Shown: positions 45,493 through 55,790 of the stretch, one piece after another
Numbering within the stretch: the stretch's first letter is position 1
How the letters are laid out: every line of letters begins with the position of its first letter
DNA from: Clostridia bacterium
GTDB lineage: Bacteria > Bacillota > Clostridia > TANB77 > CAG-508
Assembly: GCA_047017005.1 (NCBI GenBank)
Contig: JBKXSZ010000004.1
Location: 8,454-72,453, forward strand
Reading direction: 5' to 3'
Length of the DNA: 64,000 nucleotides
Program-made: the position numbers and the translations under genes
The notes under the pieces: model-generated
What the model was told of the DNA's origin: nothing
Database searches by the model: none
The model's input: the letters and a program-made list of their open reading frames with translations, nothing else

Positions 45493-47097
45493 TTATCTTT
45501 CTTTGCTTTCTTGCTCTTGCATTATTTCTTTAACACTATTAGCTAATTCTCTTTCACTTTCTTTTTGTGCCATAGCTGCTCTAGCCTTTTCTTCTATTTT
45601 AGAATCTTTATTAGGTATTTTTTGTACAAAATCTCTACCTTTACTTTTTACTGTTTGATATTTTTCTTGAGAGAACTCTTTTATTTTAGCTGTTTTATCC
45701 TTTGCAGTTTCTTTAGCTGTCTCTGCTAGTGCCTTTGTCTTTTCTTTTGCTATTATTGCACTATTTTTATCAAACAATTTTCCACATACATATGCTCCTG
45801 CTTTTTCTTCTGCTTTCACAAATCTATTCAACTTGATTTTTGAAAGCATATTTGTATTTAATAAATTATGTACTAAATCAAATGGTAAATTTTTCTTTTC
45901 AGATATACTATTTATATATTCTTTTAACTGATCTGTATTATGTTCTAGTACTGCTACTACTTCAGGGTTTATTTTTCTTTTTAAAAGAGCTCCTTTTATT
46001 CTTCCTCCTGCAATTTCTTTACACATATCAGAAATTCCAAGTCTTTTGAATTTTTCTTTTTTCTCTTCTAATGCTTGCTGTATAGGAATAGTATGTTCTT
46101 GTTCATCTCCATCAATATAATAATTAATATTTCCTTCTTTTTCTAATATCTCAATATATTTAACTTTTTCTTCTTTTTCTTCTTTCTCTTGACTATTTAA
46201 ACTTCTTGTTGTTGCTGGTTTTTCACTAGACATTTGCTCTATTTTTCTAGCCTCTGTTATATTTCTACTATCATTTTGCATTTGTTTATAAACATCGTTT
46301 ATAGCATTTTCAATTTCAAATGTATTTTTAGGTTGTTGCTTCTGTTTATTTATACTTACTTTATCTACATATGGTCCCGCTTCTAAATGAATATTTCCAT
46401 AGTTTCTATTTTGTTCTTCTGTTTCTTTTTGTATCTCTTTAATAATTTCTTCTGTTGATTTTGTTTGATTTTGAGTATCTTTTTCTTGTTTATATTCAGT
46501 TTTTGTTTCTTTTTCTTGTTTCTCTTCAATTTTCGTTTCTTTTTGTTCTTTGTTTTCAGTCTTAGTTTCTTTTTCTTCTTTAATTTGAGCTTTAACATTA
46601 TATTTACTCATCATTTTATCAACATCTGATTTCAAAGTTTTTAATTCTTTTTCCTGTTTTACTATTCCCAACAACTTGCTATTCAATTCTCTGTTAATCT
46701 TTTCCAAGTCTTTTTCATATTCTAATAAAACTGGTGTTTTGGTGAATTTACCTTCTGAAAAAGAATATTTTCCTTGTTCTTCTTTTATTGCCTCTTCACA
46801 TTCTTTTTTATTTATAGTTAATTTTTTTACTATCTTCTTTTCCTCAGAAATTTCTTTCTCTTTTTTCTGTTTATCCTTAAGAATCTCTCTGTCTTTCACT
46901 ATGTTATCTAGTTCTTTTTCAATTTTTGTTAAATCTTTCTCACATTCACTCTGTTCAGTTGTCTTTTCAAACTTTCCTTCGTTAAGTTCCATCTTGTGTT
47001 TGTTTATTTCTTCTTCAATAACTTTTTGTAATTCTTCTTTATTTTTATTTAAACTTTTTTCATTTTTATCCATTATCTCAAGTAACTTTTCTTCCAT
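45493..47097 (-). CDS. Lys/Glu-rich coiled-coil protein with internal repeats (534 aa), function unknown
   Basis: Long ORF with low-complexity KE-rich content, two EGKFxKT...EKDLxKIxxEL modules and KETK repeats. Confidence 0.55.
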   Translation of the reverse strand: MEEKLLEIMDKNEKSLNKNKEELQKVIEEEINKHKMELNEGKFEKTTEQSECEKDLTKIEKELDNIVKDREILKDKQKKEKEISEEKKIVKKLTINKKECEEAIKEEQGKYSFSEGKFTKTPVLLEYEKDLEKINRELNSKLLGIVKQEKELKTLKSDVDKMMSKYNVKAQIKEEKETKTENKEQKETKIEEKQEKETKTEYKQEKDTQNQTKSTEEIIKEIQKETEEQNRNYGNIHLEAGPYVDKVSINKQKQQPKNTFEIENAINDVYKQMQNDSRNITEARKIEQMSSEKPATTRSLNSQEKEEKEEKVKYIEILEKEGNINYYIDGDEQEHTIPIQQALEEKKEKFKRLGISDMCKEIAGGRIKGALLKRKINPEVVAVLEHNTDQLKEYINSISEKKNLPFDLVHNLLNTNMLSKIKLNRFVKAEEKAGAYVCGKLFDKNSAIIAKEKTKALAETAKETAKDKTAKIKEFSQEKYQTVKSKGRDFVQKIPNKDSKIEEKARAAMAQKESERELANSVKEIMQEQESKER

Positions 47098-47216
47098 AAT
47101 TACCCCTTTCAGAATATTTACCTATTCCCATAAAATATACCTATTTATAATTATAGCAAAATTTTTCCATCGTTTCAACGGTTTTATGTAAATTTATGTG
47201 TTTTTTAATAAAACTG

Positions 47217-48614
47217 TCATATTTTCGTAATATTTGTAATATTTAGTACTTCTATACTTCTCTTCGCTATTTTCATATATCTTTCTTTTTTATCCTTTAT
47301 TTTCTTTCCTTCTAATTCAGGTAAAATTCCAAAATTAGCATTCATTGGTTGAAATTTTGAATTTTCTGTTGAAATATATTTAGCTAAAGCTCCTATTACA
47401 TTAAACTCTGAAAAAGTAATTTTATGATTTTCGTGATTTTCAATACCTTTTTTATAGTCTTCTACTGCATTTATTGCTGCTACCATTCCTGAAGATATTG
47501 ATTCTACATATCCTTCCACTCCTGTTATTTGTCCTGCAAAATATATTAAACTATTAGATTTTAAGTTATATGTTTCATCTAATAATTTAGTAGAATTTAT
47601 ATATGTATTCCTATGCATTACTCCATATTTTATAAACTCTGCATTTTCTAGGCCTGGTATCATTGAAAACACTCTTTTTTGTTCTCCAAATTTTAAATTT
47701 GTTTGAAATCCAACTAAATTATATAAACTTGCTTGTTTGTCGTCTTGCCTTAATTGTACTATTGCATAAGGCCTTTTCCCTGTTCTTGGATCATCAAATC
47801 CTACCGGTTTTAATGGTCCAAATCTTAAAGTGTCAATTCCCCTATTAGCCATTATTTCGACAGGCATACATCCTTCAAATATTTCTTTCTTTTCAAATTC
47901 ATGTAAATTTACTACTTCTGCTTTTACTAATTCACTTACAAAATTTTCATACTCTTCCTTGTTCATTGGAAGATTTATATAACTTTGTTCTTCTGCTTCT
48001 TGTTCTGCCAATCTATTTTTCCATTCTTCAATAGTTTCTTCTTTTTTCTTTTCTTGGCTATATCTATCCCCATAAAATGCTATATCAAAATTGATACTGT
48101 CTTTTGATACTATTGGTGCTGCTGCATCATAGAAATATAATTTATCTTGTCCTGTTATTTTTTGAATTTGTTCTGCTAATTTCTCTGATGTTAATGGACC
48201 AGTTGCTATTATTACTATTCCATCTTCTACAAATTTTGAAACATCAACAACTTCTTCATTTATAATTTCTATTAACTCATTGTTACTTATTTCTTCTGTT
48301 ACTCTTTTTGAAAAAATATCTCTATCTACTGCTAACGCTTGTCCTGCTGGCACTGCTGTTTCATCTGCTATTTTTATCAATAAAGAATCTAATCTTCTCA
48401 ATTCTTCTTTTAAAAGTCCACAAGCATTTGTTAATAAATTTGATTTAAATGAATTACTACATACAATTTCAGCTAAGTCTTTATTGCTATGTGCTGGTGA
48501 AAATTTTATAGGTTTCATTTCATATAATTTTACTTTTATTCCTCTTTTTGCAATTTGATATGCTGCTTCTGTTCCAGCTAATCCTCCTCCAATAACAGTT
48601 ATATAATCTTTCAT
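47217..48614 (-). CDS. trmFO: methylenetetrahydrofolate--tRNA-(uracil54-C5)-methyltransferase TrmFO
   Basis: N-terminal VIGGGLAGTEAA FAD motif. 465 aa with Gid/TrmFO-type sequence throughout. Confidence 0.9.
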   Translation of the reverse strand: MKDYITVIGGGLAGTEAAYQIAKRGIKVKLYEMKPIKFSPAHSNKDLAEIVCSNSFKSNLLTNACGLLKEELRRLDSLLIKIADETAVPAGQALAVDRDIFSKRVTEEISNNELIEIINEEVVDVSKFVEDGIVIIATGPLTSEKLAEQIQKITGQDKLYFYDAAAPIVSKDSINFDIAFYGDRYSQEKKKEETIEEWKNRLAEQEAEEQSYINLPMNKEEYENFVSELVKAEVVNLHEFEKKEIFEGCMPVEIMANRGIDTLRFGPLKPVGFDDPRTGKRPYAIVQLRQDDKQASLYNLVGFQTNLKFGEQKRVFSMIPGLENAEFIKYGVMHRNTYINSTKLLDETYNLKSNSLIYFAGQITGVEGYVESISSGMVAAINAVEDYKKGIENHENHKITFSEFNVIGALAKYISTENSKFQPMNANFGILPELEGKKIKDKKERYMKIAKRSIEVLNITNITKI

Positions 48615-49123
48615 CTTTCTTTTTCCTCTTCTTCTTTTTTATATTCTTCCCAACTTTGAAAATCTTTGCTTCTTTCTGCCTCTTCTTTCATTTTCAAAAT
48701 TCTTTTATTTTTAGAATTTTCTCTTCTATAATAATCTAGTTCCTCTTCGTCATACATTTCTTGTATTTCTGATTTAGCTCTAGCAATTTTTACATCTACT
48801 TCATCTATATGATATTCTTCACTATATTGTTGCTTAAATTTTAGATATTTTATATTTTCTTCTAGCTTATTTATTTCAGGTTTTACTTCTATTTCTTCTA
48901 TCTCCAATTTTGAAATTTTATAATAAACTTCTAACATTTCTTCTAATATTGTTATTTGAGCTTTATAATCTCTTCCATTTTGATTTGAATATTTTTCTTT
49001 TAGTTTCCTTATAATGCCATTATATTCATCTAGTTGTTTTTTCTTAGCTATATTTAAAGCAAATTCTTCAACTTCATCTCTTCGTCTCTCAAATTTCTCT
49101 GCCCAATTTTCTCTCTTATTCAT
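48611..49123 (-). CDS. hypothetical charged coiled-coil protein (170 aa)
   Basis: ORF whose TGA overlaps the trmFO ATG (ATGA). Confidence 0.5.
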   Translation of the reverse strand: MNKRENWAEKFERRRDEVEEFALNIAKKKQLDEYNGIIRKLKEKYSNQNGRDYKAQITILEEMLEVYYKISKLEIEEIEVKPEINKLEENIKYLKFKQQYSEEYHIDEVDVKIARAKSEIQEMYDEEELDYYRRENSKNKRILKMKEEAERSKDFQSWEEYKKEEEEKER

Positions 49124-49185
49124 AACTCTTCACCTTTTATAATTTTTTTGTATATACTTAATTTATGTTATTATTTAGAACATAA

Positions 49186-52100
49186 TCAAAATGTATCAAA
49201 TAATTTCATAATATCATCTTTAGATAATTTATTAATAAATGAAACTTTCGTACTTAGCATATTATCCATTAATTCTGCTTTTTTCTGCTGTAACTCATAT
49301 ATTTTTTCTTCTATACTATTTTTAGTTATTAGCTTATAAACTTGTACATTATTTTTTTGTCCAATTCTATATGCTCTATCTGTTGCTTGATTTTCAGTGG
49401 ATAAGTTCCACCAAGGGTCGTAATGAATCACCATATCTGCACCTGTTAAATTTAATCCTGTACCTCCTGCTTTTAATGATATTAAAAATATTTTTACTTC
49501 AAGATTTTGGTTGAATTCATCTACTAACTTCATTCTTTCTTCCACTTTTGTAGCTCCTGTTAGCTTAAAGTACTTAATATTTCTTTCTTTTAATTCCTCT
49601 TCTATTATACTAAACATTGATGTATAACCAGAAAATAATAATATTTTATGATTTCCTTTAATTGCATCTTCTATTATTTCCATACATTGTTCTAGTTTAC
49701 TACTTCCATCTTTATAATTGTCTATAAATAAACTTGGATGACAACATATTTGTCTTAATCTTGTTAAAGCTGCTAATATTTTTATATGACTTCTTTCTAC
49801 TCCATTTACATTTATTTCTTCTGCTACTTCTTGTTTTGCTTGGGCTAAATACGATAAATATATATTTTTTTGTTCTTCTCCCATTTCACTGCTTAATACT
49901 GTAACTGTTTTATCAGGAAGTTCTGTTAATACTTCTTTTTTCGTTCTTCTTAATACAAATGGTTCTATTAACATTTTTAGTTTATTCATTGTTTTTACAT
50001 CATTATCTTTTACTATTGGTGTTTCATACATATTTTTAAATTGTTTATATGCAAATAAATATCCTGGCATTATATAATCAAATATTGACCATAATTCTGC
50101 TAAAGAATTTTCTATTGGTGTTCCAGTAAGTGCATATTTTGTATCTGCTAAAATTTTCTTAATTGCTTTTGCATTTTGTGTATTACTATTTTTTAAATAT
50201 TGTGCTTCATCTGCTATTATAAATCTAAAATTATAATTTTTATCTTTGTATAATTCTATATCTCTTTTTAATAAATCATATGATGTTATTACTAAATCAT
50301 AATTTTGAATTTCTGATATTTTTTTCTTTCTTTCTTGTAAGGTTCCATTTATCACCATAGTTTGTAAGCCTTCAGCAAATTTTTTAGCTTCATTTTCCCA
50401 GTTTAAAGCTAATGAGCTAGGAGATACAACTATACTTGCTCTTCTTTCTTCAAGAGGTGTAGTTTCTACATAATCAACAATTATTGATAACATTTGAATT
50501 GTTTTCCCTAATCCCATGTCATCTGCTAATATTCCTCCAAAATTATATTTATCTAATGTTTTTAACCACTTAAATCCTGTTTTTTGATAATATCTAAGTG
50601 TATTTTCTAATTTTTCTGGTATTTGTATTTCTTCTTCAATATTTTCTTTGTTTAATTGTTTTACTACTTTTTTATATTCACTGTTCTTATTTACTTGATT
50701 ACTATTTATCCCTTTTAATAATTTATCTAAATAGAAACTTCTATAAATTGGAAGATTTACTTCTCCTTCTTCTATTTCTTTATAGTCTATTCCCATTCCA
50801 GTAGTTAACTTATCTAAAAATTCTATTTCTTCATTATTCTCTAAGTTCAAGAAACTTCCATCTTTTAATCTATGATATTTTTTCTTTAAGTTATATTTTG
50901 ACATTATATCTTCTAGTTCATTAATATCTATGTCTAATTTTTTTAAGTCTATTGATAGTAAATTATTTTCAACTTTAACACCTAAGCTTCCAATTTTATT
51001 TTGTCTTATTTGTTTTTGCTTAAAATTTTCTGTTACTAGTACATCAAACTTTTGCATATAATAATTTATATCTTCTGTTAAAAATTGATAAATTTTATCA
51101 TTATCAGGTAATATAAATCTCAAGTTATTTATATCAAACATAAATCCTGTTTTTCTGAAAATGTTTAAAGTTTTTGTTTCTTGAATTTTATTTCTAGCAA
51201 AGTTTATTTTTTGTTTTTCATCTAAAGGATTAAATTCGTTATTTCCATATTGAAATTTGACATCAGCTATTAAATAATCATTTTTGTCAAAGTCTAAATA
51301 TACTTTTACTACTAATATTTCTGGTTTATATTTTTCTATTTCTTCTTCTCTTAGATTTTCTAAGTTTATTGCATCTTTTACTTTAGGTATTACGATAGAA
51401 AATAACTGAGATAATTCTTTTTTGCCTAGTTTTACTTCGGTCATATAGTTTTGTCTAAATATTTCTAACATTTTTAAATTTGAGTTTTCAAATTCTTTTG
51501 TACATCTATATAATTTTTTCTCACTTAAAACATATTTATATTTTTTCCCTATTATTATAGATACCTTATATATATCAATACTTGGTACTATTTCATATTG
51601 GTCTTTTCCTAATTTATTTAATGTAAACTCTATATCTGGTTTTTCTTCTGTAAATTCTACTAAATTTTCTGTATATTCTCTTTTTACTAAAATCTCTTTT
51701 CCTTTTAGTATTTCAAATAAATCATCTATTCCACTATTGCTTAATATTATACTAGTTTCACTTAATGCATTTCCATAGAATCTATAATTGCTATTTGAAT
51801 TTGAATTTGCATATTTTATAATCTCTGCATATTTCATTAGAAAACTTAATAATTCTTGACTTTCTTCTTCAAAATTTTCTTTTACATGAACAAATTTTAA
51901 ATTTTTACCATAACTATAATTCTCTTTGTTTAACATTCTTGTATAAAATTCTGATAAGTTTTTTATTTTATACATTTTTGTTTTTCCAATTTTGAATTCA
52001 AGCTTCATTTCTCCTGTAAATTTGTCATAATATATACTTGGCTCTAGTTTTACACTTCCTTGTGTTTTTAATTCTGTTTCCTCTTCTTCTAGATCTTCTA

Positions 52101-52623
52101 ATTCTTCGTTGTAAAAAATACTTACCATTTGGTTAAAAATTCTGTATTCATTTTGAGTTGCATTTGAGTTTGATATATTTTTTGTAGATAATTTATTTTC
52201 ACTTTCTATTGTTTTATTTTCTATTATATCTTCAAACAATTCAAAACCTTGCTCTTTAATTTTTTCTGTGTCAGTAGTTTCGTTTTCTATTTCTTGTTGT
52301 TTATCTTCTAAAGAATAGTTATTCCCTTCATCAACAAATGTTAATACTGTTGCTAAAGAATGCTTACATACTCCATAATGATTATAATAGTCTAAACAAG
52401 TACAACTTACATCTTCTATTTCTCCCTCTTTTACTAATACATATGTATTATATATTTCCCCATTTCCTTTTACTTTTGCTTTTATTTCAAAGTTTAGTGG
52501 ATTTTCATATTCGTAGTTTTGAATTGCTACCCTTTTTTCTTTCCTGTATTTTTGAGCTTTTTTTGTTCTTTCATAGCCTGCATCATTATATAAATTTTCT
52601 ATTACATTTTTATTAACTCGCAT
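49186..52623 (-). CDS. SNF2-family helicase with an N-terminal SWIM zinc finger
   Basis: SWIM motif CTCLDYYNHYGVCKH. SNF2_N motifs LADDMGLGKT and ADEAQYLKN. Helicase-C motif QATDRAYRIGQ. Confidence 0.85.
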   Translation of the reverse strand: MRVNKNVIENLYNDAGYERTKKAQKYRKEKRVAIQNYEYENPLNFEIKAKVKGNGEIYNTYVLVKEGEIEDVSCTCLDYYNHYGVCKHSLATVLTFVDEGNNYSLEDKQQEIENETTDTEKIKEQGFELFEDIIENKTIESENKLSTKNISNSNATQNEYRIFNQMVSIFYNEELEDLEEEETELKTQGSVKLEPSIYYDKFTGEMKLEFKIGKTKMYKIKNLSEFYTRMLNKENYSYGKNLKFVHVKENFEEESQELLSFLMKYAEIIKYANSNSNSNYRFYGNALSETSIILSNSGIDDLFEILKGKEILVKREYTENLVEFTEEKPDIEFTLNKLGKDQYEIVPSIDIYKVSIIIGKKYKYVLSEKKLYRCTKEFENSNLKMLEIFRQNYMTEVKLGKKELSQLFSIVIPKVKDAINLENLREEEIEKYKPEILVVKVYLDFDKNDYLIADVKFQYGNNEFNPLDEKQKINFARNKIQETKTLNIFRKTGFMFDINNLRFILPDNDKIYQFLTEDINYYMQKFDVLVTENFKQKQIRQNKIGSLGVKVENNLLSIDLKKLDIDINELEDIMSKYNLKKKYHRLKDGSFLNLENNEEIEFLDKLTTGMGIDYKEIEEGEVNLPIYRSFYLDKLLKGINSNQVNKNSEYKKVVKQLNKENIEEEIQIPEKLENTLRYYQKTGFKWLKTLDKYNFGGILADDMGLGKTIQMLSIIVDYVETTPLEERRASIVVSPSSLALNWENEAKKFAEGLQTMVINGTLQERKKKISEIQNYDLVITSYDLLKRDIELYKDKNYNFRFIIADEAQYLKNSNTQNAKAIKKILADTKYALTGTPIENSLAELWSIFDYIMPGYLFAYKQFKNMYETPIVKDNDVKTMNKLKMLIEPFVLRRTKKEVLTELPDKTVTVLSSEMGEEQKNIYLSYLAQAKQEVAEEINVNGVERSHIKILAALTRLRQICCHPSLFIDNYKDGSSKLEQCMEIIEDAIKGNHKILLFSGYTSMFSIIEEELKERNIKYFKLTGATKVEERMKLVDEFNQNLEVKIFLISLKAGGTGLNLTGADMVIHYDPWWNLSTENQATDRAYRIGQKNNVQVYKLITKNSIEEKIYELQQKKAELMDNMLSTKVSFINKLSKDDIMKLFDTF

Positions 52624-52681
52624 ATTTTTTCTCCTTTTATTCGGTTAATAATTATATAATATTTTTTCTTTATTTTCAACC

Positions 52682-52730
52682 AAAAAACAAAAAGACACAA
52701 ATTTATTGTATAAAATAAATTTGTGTCTTT
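52682..52730 (-). terminator. terminator of the Spo0E-like gene
   Basis: 15-bp perfect stem (52691-52705 with 52716-52730) overlapping the stop codon, followed by a U-tract on the minus strand. Confidence 0.7.
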
Positions 52731-52941
52731 AAGTTTTTCCATCTAATTCAATTTTATTTCTTTTATTACTTCTTTTTGCCTTGCAAACTCTACAAACTTG
52801 TTGTTTATCTTCATAGTATTTTGCAATTAGTTCGTCTAATTCTATGCTTAATTGATAAATGATAGTATAGTCTTTTTTCTGTTCTATACTTTGATTTAAT
52901 TTGTTTCTTAATTTACAAATTTCATCATTTAACATACTCAT
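52729..52941 (-). CDS. Spo0E-family aspartyl-phosphate phosphatase-like protein
   Basis: 70 aa with the pattern EICKLRNKLNQ...IYQLSIELDELIAKYY typical of Spo0E-like proteins. Confidence 0.6.
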   Translation of the reverse strand: MSMLNDEICKLRNKLNQSIEQKKDYTIIYQLSIELDELIAKYYEDKQQVCRVCKAKRSNKRNKIELDGKT

Positions 52942-53142
52942 CTCTCCTTTTTATTAATTTATCTTCCGTATACTTATAAATTAACACAGAAAACTCCTCT
53001 AGTCAAGTATTTTCAATGGTTTTTGTCAACTTTCGTATAACATTTTTTCTTGTTTTTCGACAGCTAGAAACAGAAAAAAACGGTATCATTTTTTTGAATT
53101 TATAATAACCGCTTTTTTTACACATTTTTTAACTATTATTTT

Positions 53143-54429
53143 TTAACTTTTTACTATTGAAAGTACCATTTTATTTTCTTTAAATACATCTTTTAACACC
53201 TGGTTTAAATATTCTACATTTATACTGTTTATTTCTTCTATATAGTCAAAACTATTAATTCCCTTGAAGTAGTCTGCTAAAAACATTCTTGCAATATCTG
53301 TAACATCATTATATTCTTTTACATATCCACCATATATCATTTTCTTGTTTCTCTCGAAATCATTTTCATCTATTCCGTTTTCATTTAACTCTTTTACCCT
53401 TAATTTGAATTTTTCATATAATTTTTCTGGATCTGTTGATTGTCCAGCAATTAGTATATGAGCATATGTTTTTGAAAATTCATAGTCTAAACTTGCTCCT
53501 GAATAAATTAATCCTTCGTTATATAACTCTTTGTATAACTTTGAACTTCTTCCCATTATTATATTTAGTAAAATTTCTATTGCAATATGTTTTTTTACTA
53601 TATCTGTTTTGTTGGAATTTTCCACATTATCAATTTTATCTTTTATTCCTATTGTATATAATGGTTGACTAACTTCTAATTTTTGTTCTATTTTTTCTTT
53701 TACTATTTCTTCTGGTTCTTCTTTAAAAATTCTTTCTATTTTCCCATTGCTTTTTTTATCTATTAATCTTTTCTTTACTTCTTTTATTAATTTTTCTGGC
53801 TCAAAGTCTCCACAAATTACCATTGCCATGTTTGATGGATTATAGAAGGTTTCATAACATTTATATAATATTTCTTTATCAATCTTACTAATTGTTTCTA
53901 TTGTTCCCACAATGTCTATTTTTATAGGATTATTATGGTACATTGCTTCCATAGCATTTAGATAAACTCTCCATTCAGGATAGTCATCATACATCATTAT
54001 TTCTTGACCAATTATTCCTTTTTCTTTTTCTACATTTTCGTCTGTAAAATATGGGTGTTGAACATAGTCCATCAATTCGTCCATTGCTTCATAAAAATTA
54101 TCTGTACATTCAAATAAATATGCTGTATGGTCATTTGTTGTGTATGCATTTGCATCTACTCCTAAACTTGTTAAAACATCTAAACTATTTGTTCCATTTT
54201 CTTGTTCAAACATTTTATGTTCTAAAAAATGTGCTACTCCATTTGGCACCGTCGTTTTTTCTTCTTCCCCTGGAACTATGAACTCATTGTCATTTGATCC
54301 ATAATTTGTTCCCCAAATCATATATTTCTTTTGAACACCTGGTTTAGGTATTATCATTACTGTTAATCCATTATCAAGTTTCTCAATATATACTTTTTCT
54401 TTTACTTTTGAATTTTCTATAATTTGCAT
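53143..54429 (-). CDS. M16 (pitrilysin/insulinase) family peptidase, active-type subunit
   Basis: Inverted zinc motif GVAHFLEHKMFE (HxxEH). 428 aa. Confidence 0.8.
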   Translation of the reverse strand: MQIIENSKVKEKVYIEKLDNGLTVMIIPKPGVQKKYMIWGTNYGSNDNEFIVPGEEEKTTVPNGVAHFLEHKMFEQENGTNSLDVLTSLGVDANAYTTNDHTAYLFECTDNFYEAMDELMDYVQHPYFTDENVEKEKGIIGQEIMMYDDYPEWRVYLNAMEAMYHNNPIKIDIVGTIETISKIDKEILYKCYETFYNPSNMAMVICGDFEPEKLIKEVKKRLIDKKSNGKIERIFKEEPEEIVKEKIEQKLEVSQPLYTIGIKDKIDNVENSNKTDIVKKHIAIEILLNIIMGRSSKLYKELYNEGLIYSGASLDYEFSKTYAHILIAGQSTDPEKLYEKFKLRVKELNENGIDENDFERNKKMIYGGYVKEYNDVTDIARMFLADYFKGINSFDYIEEINSINVEYLNQVLKDVFKENKMVLSIVKS

Positions 54430-54515
54430 TAAACTCTCATTCCTTTCCTACCTTATTAAAAGTCACATATAGTAGTGAAATATTCTTTATTTTCTTCAAA
54501 CTAAGTCTTCCTTTT
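54430..54515 (-). repeat. 86-nt intergenic leader, copy A of a duplicated element
   Basis: About 75% identical by hand alignment to 55791-55876. It fills the whole spacer between the two M16 genes. Confidence 0.6.
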
Positions 54516-55790
54516 TTAATTTCTTAAGAAGTATATTGTATTTATTTTTATTTTACTTGCAATATCTATAACATCCTGCTTATTAACTTCTTGGATTTTT
54601 TTCATATAATTTTCTAAATTCACTTCATTTTTTGATAATTCTTGACCAAAACAATATGTTATTTGAGTATCTTGTTCATCATCTATTAATTTTATCGATG
54701 CCAATATACCTTTTTTTGCATTTTCTACTTCTTCTTCCGTAAAATCTCCTGCTTTCATATCTTCTATTTGCTTTCTTATTAATTCTAATGCTTTTTCATA
54801 GTTCGATATTTCTATTCCACATCTTACGAAAATATTGTTCTTAATTCTATGATAACTTGAACTTGCTACATATGCTAAATGTGCTTTTTCTCTTACATTT
54901 TGAAACATTTTAGAATTCGCACTTCCACCTAGCAAACTGTTATATATCATTGTATCATATTTTAATTCTTCATTTTCTAAATTAACATCTAATCCTAATA
55001 TTAATTTTCCCTGTGTTACATCCATATTTTCTATTATAGTTTTTTCTTCAACATTTTTTACTTTATTTAGATTTACATTATTTGTGACAAATTTAGCTTC
55101 CCTTTCTTGTAATCTTTGTATATCTTCATTATTCTTCACTATTTCTTCAATATTTTCAGTAATGTCACCAGATACAAATATATCAATTTTACACTCTTCT
55201 CTTAATTTTTTGTATTGGTCATATAGGTTGTTTTCATTAATATTATCCAAATCCTCGATATATCCAAATTTGTATAATCCAAATGGTTCATTTTTATACA
55301 TTTCTTCTATACATCTATCAAGAGAATAACTCGCTTTATTATCTATTTTTCCCTCTATTCTTTGTTTTATATTATTCTTTTCTTGTTCAACATATTCTTT
55401 TTTGAATCCTTCATTTTCTACTAATGGATTAAATACTATTTCTACTATTTTTTGTATAGCAGTTTTTAACATATTTTCTTCAGTTTGTGGTAAAAATTTA
55501 TCATTTATTGTTTCTATATAAAATTTTAAAACTTGATTATCTCCTGTTTTATCTAACCCACAGTCAAAACTAGCCCCATACATTTCTTCAAGTTCTTTAC
55601 TAATTTGTTCTTGAGTTGGCATATTTTTACTTCCTCTTCTTAGTAAAGCTGATATTACCGCATTTTTAGTTACAGTTTCTCTTTCTAATTTTGTTGTTAG
55701 AAAAATTGCAATTAGGTTTGTTTTAAATTTACCTGTTTTTATTGTATGCAAATTTATTCCTTTTTTTATTTCACTTTTCTTGTATTCCAT
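54516..55790 (-). CDS. M16 family peptidase-like protein lacking the HxxEH motif (probable non-catalytic partner)
   Basis: 424 aa with M16-like length and layout. No zinc motif seen. Confidence 0.7.
   Translation of the reverse strand: MEYKKSEIKKGINLHTIKTGKFKTNLIAIFLTTKLERETVTKNAVISALLRRGSKNMPTQEQISKELEEMYGASFDCGLDKTGDNQVLKFYIETINDKFLPQTEENMLKTAIQKIVEIVFNPLVENEGFKKEYVEQEKNNIKQRIEGKIDNKASYSLDRCIEEMYKNEPFGLYKFGYIEDLDNINENNLYDQYKKLREECKIDIFVSGDITENIEEIVKNNEDIQRLQEREAKFVTNNVNLNKVKNVEEKTIIENMDVTQGKLILGLDVNLENEELKYDTMIYNSLLGGSANSKMFQNVREKAHLAYVASSSYHRIKNNIFVRCGIEISNYEKALELIRKQIEDMKAGDFTEEEVENAKKGILASIKLIDDEQDTQITYCFGQELSKNEVNLENYMKKIQEVNKQDVIDIASKIKINTIYFLRN

Noticed and set aside
53056-53062. Perfect Spo0A box (TGTCGAA on the minus strand) upstream of the Spo0E-like gene
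   Set aside because: A 7-mer is expected several times by chance in 128 kb of two-strand sequence. There is no second box and its position relative to a clear promoter is undefined.
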